From the sequence record MT446392.1: a stretch of DNA of 64,000 bases. One strand, written 5' to 3'. The notes under the pieces are model-generated. The model ran no database searches. It was given only the letters and a program-made list of their open reading frames with translations, and was not told where the DNA came from. The translations under genes and the position numbers were made by a program. The DNA comes from Escherichia virus TH15. This document shows positions 44,211 to 52,073 of the stretch, piece after piece; within the stretch, counting starts at the first letter, position 1; every line of letters starts with the position of its first letter.

Positions 44211-45375
44211 TTATAATGCTGATTTTACAGAAGAACAAATCGAATACTTAAAAACTTTGTCTAAAGATGAATTGGAACACCATTTATACAATTCTCAAAT
44301 GGCTGAAGTAGCTGCAAACACCGCGCAGATTAACCGTAAACTGCTTATCAATAGCTGTTATGGTGCTCTGGGCAATATCTGGTTCCGTTACTTTGACCTG
44401 CGAAATGCAACTGCGATTACATCTTTCGGGCAACTTGCATTGCAGTGGATTGAGCGTAAAGTTAACGAATACTTCGATAGTGTTTGTGGTACAAGTGGTG
44501 AGACTTACGTATTCTATGGCGATACTGACTCCATTTATATCCAGTGCGATAACCTGATTAAAAAGGTTGGTGGTGAATCTAAATTCCGCGATACAAACCA
44601 CCTGGTTGACTTCATGGACAAGTTTGCAAAAGACCGTCTGGAACCGGCAATTGATAAAGCTTTCCGTGAACTGGCCGAATACATGAACAATAAACAGCAC
44701 CTTATGTTTATGGACCGTGAAGCGATTGCATGTCCTCCGCTGGGTTCTAAAGGCGTGGGTGGATTCTGGACGGCGAAGAAGCGTTATGCGTTGAACGTGT
44801 ATGATATGGAAGGCACACGATATGCTGTTCCGAAACTGAAAATTATGGGTCTGGAAACTCAAAAGTCGAGCACTCCAAAAGCATGTCAGAAAGCTCTGAA
44901 AGAATGTATCCGTCGCATGCTGCAAGAAGGTGAAGAATCTCTGCAGACATACTTCAAGGAATTCAATAAGGAATTTAATGAGCTTAACTACATGACCATC
45001 GCAGGTGTATCATCGGTTAACAACATCCAGAAATATAATGAGGGCGGTTTCCCTGGATTTAAGTGCCCGGCTCATATCAAAGGTGTGCTTGCATATATGC
45101 GTGCAACTAAAGGGCTGAAGACTGTTCCGCAAATCATGGAAGGGGAAAAGGTGTATGTGCTTCCTCTTAAAGTTGGTAATCCGTTTGGCGAAACCGTGAT
45201 TGCGTGGCCATCAGGGATTGAACTCCCGATTGAAATTCGTGACCAAGTCTTGCAGTGGATGGACTACAACACACTGTTCCAGAAGACTTTTGTTAAGCCA
45301 TTGACAGGGTTCTCTGAAGCAGCTAAGGTTGATTACGAGAAAAAAGCATCTCTTTTTGATATGTTTGATTTTTAA
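44200..45375 (+). CDS. 43: DNA polymerase gp43, C-terminal fragment
   Basis: 391 aa: pol motif B KLLINSCYGALG and motif C YGDTDS; 507+391=898 aa, the length I recall for T4 gp43. Confidence 0.9.
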   Translation: MNIDYNADFTEEQIEYLKTLSKDELEHHLYNSQMAEVAANTAQINRKLLINSCYGALGNIWFRYFDLRNATAITSFGQLALQWIERKVNEYFDSVCGTSGETYVFYGDTDSIYIQCDNLIKKVGGESKFRDTNHLVDFMDKFAKDRLEPAIDKAFRELAEYMNNKQHLMFMDREAIACPPLGSKGVGGFWTAKKRYALNVYDMEGTRYAVPKLKIMGLETQKSSTPKACQKALKECIRRMLQEGEESLQTYFKEFNKEFNELNYMTIAGVSSVNNIQKYNEGGFPGFKCPAHIKGVLAYMRATKGLKTVPQIMEGEKVYVLPLKVGNPFGETVIAWPSGIELPIEIRDQVLQWMDYNTLFQKTFVKPLTGFSEAAKVDYEKKASLFDMFDF

Positions 45376-45377
45376 GT

Positions 45378-45407
45378 GTTTACAATGGCAAAGGATTGCC
45401 GTATGAT
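45378..45407 (+). promoter_or_regulatory. T4-type early promoter
   Basis: -35 GTTTACA, 17-nt spacer, -10 TATGAT. Confidence 0.5.
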
Positions 45408-45447
45408 TACTCCATCAATTACTGATGATTAACTTAAGGATATTAAA

Positions 45448-45690
45448 ATGGAAACATTAATTGCGGGTACTGTTGTTCTTGGTGCTGGTTCTTTCTTCTT
45501 GGCTGCACTGACCTATTTTCTACCGTGGATTATCGCGCTACTGCGTGGAACCAAAAGTAATTGCGGAATCTTCTTTGTTAACCTTCTGTTAGGTTGGACA
45601 ATGGTTGGGTGGTTTATTGCGTTTATTTGGGCACTCGTTGCTGAACGTAAATCAAACGCACAGTTAATTATCATCAAGGAAACCAAATGA
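45448..45690 (+). CDS. imm: small membrane protein, Imm-like
   Basis: 80 aa, two TM helices, adjacent to 43 as T4 imm; not sequence-verified. Confidence 0.45.
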   Translation: METLIAGTVVLGAGSFFLAALTYFLPWIIALLRGTKSNCGIFFVNLLLGWTMVGWFIAFIWALVAERKSNAQLIIIKETK

Positions 45691-45830
45691 AGATAATTAC
45701 AATTATTGTACTGATTGCATTTTTTAGTATGTCAATCTATTGGGCAATAATGACTCCGCATATGATTCCAACTTTAATTTTGGGTTGGATATTTTTGGGA
45801 CTCCAAGCCCGTTATGAATGTTTTAATTGA
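45687..45830 (+). CDS. hydrophobic small membrane protein (47 aa)
   Basis: ATGA overlap with imm-like gene; below track cutoff. Confidence 0.35.
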   Translation: MKIITIIVLIAFFSMSIYWAIMTPHMIPTLILGWIFLGLQARYECFN

Positions 45831-45840
45831 GGAAAATACA

Positions 45841-46344
45841 ATGAAAAAGTTAGCTATCGCAGCTGTTATGCTGCTATCTGGTTGTGCTTACCAGGGTGAT
45901 GTAGTTAATGTCAGTGAAATTGGTAAAGCGCGAATTGCTGCAGACCGTCAGGTGCATAATGGTTCCTTTGATTTCAAAGGTGGTACTGGGCTTATCTACA
46001 AACGCGACAATAGTCAGTGTGGAAATAACTGCGCGAAATATGCTCAACAAGAAATTGAGTACAAACGCGAGCAAGCTGCGAAGCATGATGAAGTAATCGC
46101 TAAATTAGAAGCAGAAACTAAGCGACAAAATGACTTGGATACTGTTAACCAGATTTCACAGGTCTGCATGTCTTACATCAATATGCAGATAAACATCATG
46201 CGCGCGGAAGCTTATCAGGCAGCGGAGACTGGTTCTCCAAAAGCCAATGAGTATCGCGATATGTATCAGCGTTCTGCTCAAAATCGTCTGAGCTATATTA
46301 ATAAATGTGTGGCTAAAGAGAAAGCCCGCCAAGGTATTAACTAA
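45841..46344 (+). CDS. putative lipoprotein
   Basis: ATG 45841 after TGAGGAAAA; signal peptide with lipobox LLSGC. Confidence 0.6.
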   Translation: MKKLAIAAVMLLSGCAYQGDVVNVSEIGKARIAADRQVHNGSFDFKGGTGLIYKRDNSQCGNNCAKYAQQEIEYKREQAAKHDEVIAKLEAETKRQNDLDTVNQISQVCMSYINMQINIMRAEAYQAAETGSPKANEYRDMYQRSAQNRLSYINKCVAKEKARQGIN

Positions 46345-46348
46345 CATT

Positions 46349-46376
46349 AATTGCTCTAAAAATACAGTGATATAAT
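46349..46376 (+). promoter_or_regulatory. T4 middle-type promoter (MotA-box-like) for uvsX
   Basis: ATTGCTCTA, 13-nt spacer, -10 TATAAT. Confidence 0.5.
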
Positions 46377-46429
46377 TATCCTATCTTAAACCTGTGAGAA
46401 AAATATAATGGTGCCTATGGAAAAAATGA

Positions 46430-47608
46430 ATGTCTATTGCAGATTTGAAATCCCGTTTGATTAAAGCTTCTACATCCAAAATGACCGCGACTCTTACCAA
46501 GTCCAAGTTTTTTAATGATAAAGATGTAGTTCGTACAAAAATCCCGATGCTGAACATTGCAATCAGCGGTGCACTAGATGGTGGTATGCAGTCAGGTTTG
46601 ACTATTTTTGCTGGTCCGTCAAAACACTTTAAATCCAATATGGGTTTAACGATGGTCTCTGCATATATGAACAAATACCCCGAAGCAATCTGTTTGTTCT
46701 ATGATTCAGAATTTGGTATCACAGAAGCCTATCTGCGTGCAATGAAAGTAGACCCGGAACGTGTTATTCATACACCAATCCAGTCGGTTGAACAATTGAA
46801 AGTTGATATGGTTAACCAGCTTGAAGCAATTGAGCGTGGTGAAAAAGTCATTATCTTTATTGACTCAATCGGTAACATGGCGTCGAAAAAAGAAACAGAA
46901 GATGCGATGAACGAAAAAGTCGTTGGTGATATGACTCGCGCTAAATCCCTGAAATCTCTGTTCCGTATTGTTACCCCATATTTTAGTATCAAGGATATTC
47001 CTTGTGTCGCGGTTAACCATACAATTGAGACGATTGAGATGTATAGCAAAACCGTTATGACCGGTGGTACAGGTGTTATGTATTCTGCGGACACCGTATT
47101 CATTATCGGCAAACGCCAGATTAAAGAAACCGGTAAAGAGCTTGAAGGTTTCCAATTTGTACTGAACGCCGAAAAATCTCGTATGGTCAAAGAGAAAAGT
47201 AAATTCTTCATTGATGTAAAATTCGATGGTGGTATTGACCCGTATTCTGGCCTGCTTGATATGGCAATGGAAATTGGATTTGTGGTGAAGCCGAAAGTTG
47301 GTTGGTATAACCGTGAATATCTTGATGTTGAGACCGGTGAAATGGTCCGCGAAGAAAAATCATGGCGAGCAAAAGATACTAACTGCACTGAATTCTGGGG
47401 CCCGCTGTTCAAGCACGAACCTTTCCGTGATGCAATCAAACGTCATTACCAACTGGGTGCAATCGATAGCAATGCTGTTGTTGATGCCGAAGTTGATGAG
47501 CTTATTAGTTCGAAAGTTGAAAAATACTCTGCACCAGAAGGCAAATCAAAACCATCTGCGGCAGACATCGAAAACGATTTAGATATGATGGAAGACCTTG
47601 ATGAGTGA
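46430..47608 (+). CDS. uvsX: recombinase UvsX (RecA-like)
   Basis: 392 aa; long identical stretches to T4 UvsX (KSRLIKASTS, FAGPSK, KSKFFIDVKFDGGIDPYSGLLDMA). Confidence 0.95.
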   Translation: MSIADLKSRLIKASTSKMTATLTKSKFFNDKDVVRTKIPMLNIAISGALDGGMQSGLTIFAGPSKHFKSNMGLTMVSAYMNKYPEAICLFYDSEFGITEAYLRAMKVDPERVIHTPIQSVEQLKVDMVNQLEAIERGEKVIIFIDSIGNMASKKETEDAMNEKVVGDMTRAKSLKSLFRIVTPYFSIKDIPCVAVNHTIETIEMYSKTVMTGGTGVMYSADTVFIIGKRQIKETGKELEGFQFVLNAEKSRMVKEKSKFFIDVKFDGGIDPYSGLLDMAMEIGFVVKPKVGWYNREYLDVETGEMVREEKSWRAKDTNCTEFWGPLFKHEPFRDAIKRHYQLGAIDSNAVVDAEVDELISSKVEKYSAPEGKSKPSAADIENDLDMMEDLDE

Positions 47609-47942
47609 TATCGATTTATCTGATTTAGATAATTTCGAGAAAGATGCGGAGGGAGCTAAGGCTCCTTCTGTGCCTTACTACGAAAAAAGTTTGGAGATTA
47701 TCCGGCAATCCATGGGAACTGTACGACAGGAAATTCTGTTATCACTTCCCGATGGGTCCAGTCACATCGTGTACGTAACCGGAATTAAAATTGAACCATC
47801 TGGAAAAGTTTCAGTTGATTTCGGCACCCCTTCTGAAGACCGCAAAGCGGAGCTTGCAGTGCATGTAGAAAAGTGTGTTACAATGCAAATACAAGATGAA
47901 ATTGATAAGATTAAAATGAAAAAGAGGTGGTGGAAGTGGTAG
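47601..47942 (+). CDS. 40: gp40-like protein
   Basis: Size and position between uvsX and 41 as T4 gene 40; ATG 47601. Confidence 0.5.
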   Translation: MSDIDLSDLDNFEKDAEGAKAPSVPYYEKSLEIIRQSMGTVRQEILLSLPDGSSHIVYVTGIKIEPSGKVSVDFGTPSEDRKAELAVHVEKCVTMQIQDEIDKIKMKKRWWKW

Positions 47943-49366
47943 AAACTATTTTATCCCAGCTACTCTTTAACAAGGAATATTTTGTTAAAGTCTGGCCATA
48001 TCTGAATAATACATATTTTGAAAAGGGTCCTGCGAAGACCCTTTTTAATACGATTAACGAACATGTAAAAGAATATCAAGCAGTGCCAACTAAGACTGCA
48101 CTTGATATCGCGCTCGACGGTTCTGACCTTTCTGAAGTTGAATATGAAGGCACAAAGAAACTCTTAGGAGTCCTGGCCGATACTCCAGAAGACCAGGAAT
48201 GGTTGGTCAGAGAAACCGAGAAGTATGTACAGAAGTCTGCGATGTTCAATGCCACATCCAGGATTATCGAAATCCAGAGTAATGCCGAACTTCCGAAAGA
48301 TAAGCGTGATAAACGAATCCCGGATATCGGGGCTATCCCTGACATTATGCGCGATGCATTGTCTATTTGTTTTGACTCTGCTCTGGGCCATGACTGGTTA
48401 AACGATTACGAAGCTCGATTCCAGACTTATCTGAACAAATCGAAGAAAGTTCCGTTCCGTATTAACATCCTGAATAAAATTACGAAGGGTGGAGTTGAGT
48501 ACGGTACAGAGAACGTTTTACTAGCCGGGACAAACGTCGGGAAATCCCTTGGACTCTGTTCATTAGCCGCTGACTATCTTCAGACTGGTCATAACGTTCT
48601 TTATATAAGCATGGAAATGGCTGAAGAAGTATGTGCCAAACGTATTGATGCCAACTTGCTGGATGTGTCTCTGGATGATATTGATGAAGGTCATATATCA
48701 TGGGCGGAATATAAAGCTAAGATGGAAAAATGGCGTGCTTCCGGGACTCTCGGGACTCTGAAGATAAAACAATATCCAACTGGGGGCGCGCATGCGGATA
48801 CCTTCCGTGCATTACTGAACGAGTACAAACTGAAGCAAGGATTTGTACCAGATGTGATTATTGTTGACTACCTGGCAATCTGCGCAAGCTCAAGACTGAA
48901 AACGTTTACCGAAAACAGTTACGGCCTGATTAAGATGGTTGCAGAAGAACTTCGTGGTCTGGCGGTCGAGAAAAATGTGGTCCTATGGACCGCGGCGCAG
49001 ACAACCAGGGGCGCGAACGTTGCAGCTGAGATTGATATGGCTGACATCGCAGAATCCTTTGGTATTGCTCACACGGCTGACTTTATGTTGGGTGTTGTTG
49101 AGACCGAAGAATTCGCTCAAATGGGACTGCAGTTAATCAAACAGCTTAAGTCTCGTTATGGCGATAAGAACTACTATAATAAATTCAAGATGGGTGTTAA
49201 GAAAGGTAATCAACGCTGGTATGAGGTTGATGATGATTCAGCTCCTAAACAAGGCCCTACGGTGAAAGAAGCCACTGGTGAGATGAATCGTCAGGCTGAA
49301 ATGAATAGACAAACCAGGGTCAACAGGAGCGACCTGGATGACCTTGCCGCTCAAATGAAATTTTAA
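47936..49366 (+). CDS. 41: replicative DNA helicase gp41
   Basis: DnaB-like; Walker A AGTNVGKS; GTG at 47936 gives MVETILSQL matching T4 MVEIILSHL. Confidence 0.9.
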   Translation: MVETILSQLLFNKEYFVKVWPYLNNTYFEKGPAKTLFNTINEHVKEYQAVPTKTALDIALDGSDLSEVEYEGTKKLLGVLADTPEDQEWLVRETEKYVQKSAMFNATSRIIEIQSNAELPKDKRDKRIPDIGAIPDIMRDALSICFDSALGHDWLNDYEARFQTYLNKSKKVPFRINILNKITKGGVEYGTENVLLAGTNVGKSLGLCSLAADYLQTGHNVLYISMEMAEEVCAKRIDANLLDVSLDDIDEGHISWAEYKAKMEKWRASGTLGTLKIKQYPTGGAHADTFRALLNEYKLKQGFVPDVIIVDYLAICASSRLKTFTENSYGLIKMVAEELRGLAVEKNVVLWTAAQTTRGANVAAEIDMADIAESFGIAHTADFMLGVVETEEFAQMGLQLIKQLKSRYGDKNYYNKFKMGVKKGNQRWYEVDDDSAPKQGPTVKEATGEMNRQAEMNRQTRVNRSDLDDLAAQMKF

Positions 49367-49374
49367 AATATTTT

Positions 49375-49397
49375 AAAAGGGGCTTACAGCCCCTTTT
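49375..49397 (+). terminator. terminator hairpin containing a promoter -35
   Basis: Stem AAAAGGGG/CCCCTTTT, loop CTTACAG. Confidence 0.6.
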
Positions 49398-49411
49398 TCT
49401 TATGTTATAAT
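49383..49411 (+). promoter_or_regulatory. T4-type early promoter embedded in terminator hairpin
   Basis: -35 CTTACA in loop, 17-nt spacer, -10 TATAAT. Confidence 0.5.
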
Positions 49412-49437
49412 GACCCTATCAACTACTGGAGAATAAA

Positions 49438-49755
49438 ATGAAAACTATTGATTGCAAAGCGGAATACAAAGTTTATTATCATGGCTCAAGCTCTAATGCT
49501 GGAATCCAAAATATGCTTTGCCCTCCTGATGCAACTGGTGTTCTGTCAGAAGTTGGGCGCAAGAAAAATTTAGGGCGTGTGTTTTTTACTGAAGATATTG
49601 GTTTGGCACGTATCTATGCAGGAAGAGCAGCTCGTTCAGTGGGAGGAGAACCCCGTCTTTATCGTGTGATTGCACCTGTTGATGTGGTTTGTTTAAATGA
49701 TACTAAAGGCGCAACAGTTTATCACGCAGACTGGGCGTTTTGTGAGGAAATCTAA
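49438..49755 (+). CDS. hypothetical protein
   Basis: 105 aa; ends EEI with GAGGAAATCTAA forming SD of next gene. Confidence 0.55.
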   Translation: MKTIDCKAEYKVYYHGSSSNAGIQNMLCPPDATGVLSEVGRKKNLGRVFFTEDIGLARIYAGRAARSVGGEPRLYRVIAPVDVVCLNDTKGATVYHADWAFCEEI

Positions 49756-49968
49756 ATGTATAAATTAGAGAACGTAGTGTTTATTGGTTGGTTTGAAAAT
49801 GGTAATATGTTTACCAAAGAAACCGCGCTGGATGTTAGTGACCAAAAAATGATTGAATGGGTTACGGTGCAGTATGCAGAGGTGAATAATGCGCTGGTGA
49901 AAGCCTTTGTTAATGACAATAAAGTTTTTGAATGTGATTATCGTATCCACTTATCTGAGGAAATCTAA
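49756..49968 (+). CDS. hypothetical protein
   Basis: 70 aa; NALVKAFVNDNKVF shared with next gene; ends EEI. Confidence 0.5.
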   Translation: MYKLENVVFIGWFENGNMFTKETALDVSDQKMIEWVTVQYAEVNNALVKAFVNDNKVFECDYRIHLSEEI

Positions 49969-50310
49969 ATGGCTTTTAATCCAGAAGACCGCGTAAAAGT
50001 AACAATCAAAGTGAGTGCTGTTGGCGTTCCATCTTTTGAGCGCTCAAGTATGTTCCATCCCGCAGGTATTCACTGGTATGTTCAGAAGACTGCTGATAAC
50101 TATAATGCGCTTGTTGAAGCTTTTGTTGATGACAAGCTAATTCATAAAGTAGACATGCGTAAGGGTACCGCATTGCGTAATCTGATTTTGACCGTTGAAG
50201 CGCAACTGTTAAATGAAGAAATCTGCCTTACTGATATTGAAGCAGCTCTTCATATTGCACGTGCTGAATATTACAACTTGACCGGTTTTTCAGTTGAAGG
50301 CGAAAAATAA
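49969..50310 (+). CDS. hypothetical protein
   Basis: 113 aa; paralogous core NALVEAFVDDKLIH. Confidence 0.5.
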   Translation: MAFNPEDRVKVTIKVSAVGVPSFERSSMFHPAGIHWYVQKTADNYNALVEAFVDDKLIHKVDMRKGTALRNLILTVEAQLLNEEICLTDIEAALHIARAEYYNLTGFSVEGEK

Positions 50311-50340
50311 GTGTACAACAAAGGGATAATGCAGTATATT
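50311..50340 (+). promoter_or_regulatory. T4-type early promoter
   Basis: -35 GTGTACA, 17-nt spacer, -10 TATATT; flanked by 9-bp inverted repeat AGGGATAAT/ATTATCCCT. Confidence 0.5.
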
Positions 50341-50368
50341 ATCCCTATCAACTACTGAGGAGATTGAA

Positions 50369-50662
50369 ATGAAAAAGTTATTAATCGCGGCAATTCTTAC
50401 CGTAGCATCATGTGGTACAGCTCCTGTAACCGCTGGACTTGATAAAGACCTTTGTGAGTGGTCTATGACTGCTGACCAGACTGATGTTGAACATCAGATT
50501 TATGCTGATATCATGAATATTACTAAACGTGACCGCCCAGATATGGTTAAAGAAGTATCTGACCAACTGGCTTCTGGCGACGTTATGCAGTATAACTATG
50601 TTCTGTATTGCGATGCTTCATTTGACAACAGCAAGATTGTTCAATGGGTTACAGGTGAATAA
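50369..50662 (+). CDS. putative lipoprotein
   Basis: Signal peptide with lipobox TVASC. Confidence 0.55.
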   Translation: MKKLLIAAILTVASCGTAPVTAGLDKDLCEWSMTADQTDVEHQIYADIMNITKRDRPDMVKEVSDQLASGDVMQYNYVLYCDASFDNSKIVQWVTGE

Positions 50663-50663
50663 A

Positions 50664-51104
50664 ATGATTAACAGAAATTTAGTTATCAAAAAACTTCGTT
50701 GTAAAAATCAAAATGCACAGGCATACAGGATGTTTTGGAGCGACGACCCCATCCAATACCTGGGTTATTTTCTTGTTGATAGTGATAATAGAATTACGTT
50801 TGCTCATAAACTTCTTAACAAAGAATTAAACCATTGGCAAGAACTTATTGCGGTCAAGTCTAAATTATTTTCGCGCAATACAATGCACCAATTGGTTTAT
50901 TTTTTCGCTGATGGTATTCCTGACAAGGTTGAATTTGATGGGTTTGAATTTAAAGACATCAACCCTGATAATGAATTGAATGACAGTATTGTTAATATGG
51001 GTATCCCGGGTAAGTACATCAAAAACAGTCTTTTGAAACTTCTGGAAACTCCTGTATATTCAGTTGACGACCAAATTTTTAATGCCTTCATGAAGCGAGA
51101 TTAA
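50664..51104 (+). CDS. hypothetical protein, C-terminal DDQIFNAFMKRD tail
   Basis: ATG 50664 after GGTGAATAAA; track ATG 50529 overlaps upstream gene. Confidence 0.55.
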   Translation: MINRNLVIKKLRCKNQNAQAYRMFWSDDPIQYLGYFLVDSDNRITFAHKLLNKELNHWQELIAVKSKLFSRNTMHQLVYFFADGIPDKVEFDGFEFKDINPDNELNDSIVNMGIPGKYIKNSLLKLLETPVYSVDDQIFNAFMKRD

Positions 51105-51105
51105 T

Positions 51106-51465
51106 ATGAGTTATTATAATTTTCTGAATTTTGAACTGGTGAGCAATAATGATGGTAATGCCCGTTATGAATTTCGTGAGCCTCGGTTTAATCAGGCGAT
51201 TGGTTATATTATCGTTAAAGATGATGTTATCATAAAGGCTCGCTCATTTATGGTAATGAGTGGACCTTATGAAGATACTCGTGGCTATCCATTTGATAAA
51301 AAGAATGTACGCGATTGTGCAGCATGGATAACCGGAAACCCTGAAATTGGGGTCATGATATCTACTGAAGCAAATGACATTCTGGAAGGGGCTTGGGTTA
51401 AAGCTCAAGAACTGCCTACTGATATTGATGACCAGATTTTTAATGCCTTCATGAAGCGAGGTTAA
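51106..51465 (+). CDS. hypothetical protein, C-terminal DDQIFNAFMKRG tail
   Basis: 119 aa; last 12 codons repeat those of previous gene. Confidence 0.55.
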   Translation: MSYYNFLNFELVSNNDGNARYEFREPRFNQAIGYIIVKDDVIIKARSFMVMSGPYEDTRGYPFDKKNVRDCAAWITGNPEIGVMISTEANDILEGAWVKAQELPTDIDDQIFNAFMKRG

Positions 51466-51466
51466 T

Positions 51467-51688
51467 ATGTTTGTTTTGACCCAATTCTCTAAAGCAATAT
51501 ATAGTTACTCTTGTCAGTGGGAAGTCTTTATTGATACTCCTTCGCCTAAGTATGGTGTTTTTGGACGAGTAACTACACAAGCTTACGTTGCGCGACCGAC
51601 TAAACGTCAGATTCGTAAGCTTAAAAAGGCACATCGTCAATTGATTAAAAGAAGGGAACAATATGAGTGCAATGTGTACGGGCTCTAA
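51467..51688 (+). CDS. hypothetical basic protein
   Basis: 73-aa ORF. Confidence 0.45.
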   Translation: MFVLTQFSKAIYSYSCQWEVFIDTPSPKYGVFGRVTTQAYVARPTKRQIRKLKKAHRQLIKRREQYECNVYGL

Positions 51689-51854
51689 GATTTCGGTCTT
51701 CCAGATTTTTGAAGAATATGAAATCGTGTCGCAAGACCAAGAAGCAATCCATGTTATCGCTGATGATGGTGTTACCTGGATTATTCCATTGTATCATGAA
51801 GACACTTATGAAGTGACTGATGCAAATGGTGATAAAGCTATCTTCGTTGTATAA
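51663..51854 (+). CDS. hypothetical protein
   Basis: 63-aa ORF. Confidence 0.4.
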   Translation: MSAMCTGSKISVFQIFEEYEIVSQDQEAIHVIADDGVTWIIPLYHEDTYEVTDANGDKAIFVV

Positions 51855-51857
51855 ATA
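51850..51857 (+). promoter_or_regulatory. T4-type late promoter TATAAATA
   Basis: Exact TATAAATA 17 nt upstream of ATG 51874. Confidence 0.45.
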
Positions 51858-51873
51858 GCGGAAAGGGGGTGTT

Positions 51874-52041
51874 ATGAAAACATTCAAAGATTTTATAAAC
51901 GAAGATATGGTTGCAGGTGATGCAGGTGGAAACCCAACTAATATCGCAACAGGTACCACTTCCGGGGCAGTTGTCAATAAAGGCCCTGAACAAATCCCAT
52001 CAAAAAAGCGTAAGAATAAAGACGATAAACCTACAGTATAA
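51874..52041 (+). CDS. small protein with capsid-targeting-like N-terminus
   Basis: 55 aa starting MKTFKDFINED after GGAAAGGGGG SD; below track cutoff. Confidence 0.4.
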   Translation: MKTFKDFINEDMVAGDAGGNPTNIATGTTSGAVVNKGPEQIPSKKRKNKDDKPTV

Positions 52042-52058
52042 TGGTCCTTCGGGGCCAT
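52041..52058 (+). terminator. GC hairpin with UUCG loop
   Basis: Stem ATGGTCC/GGGCCAT. Confidence 0.4.
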
Positions 52059-52073
52059 TGAAATGAGGAAACT

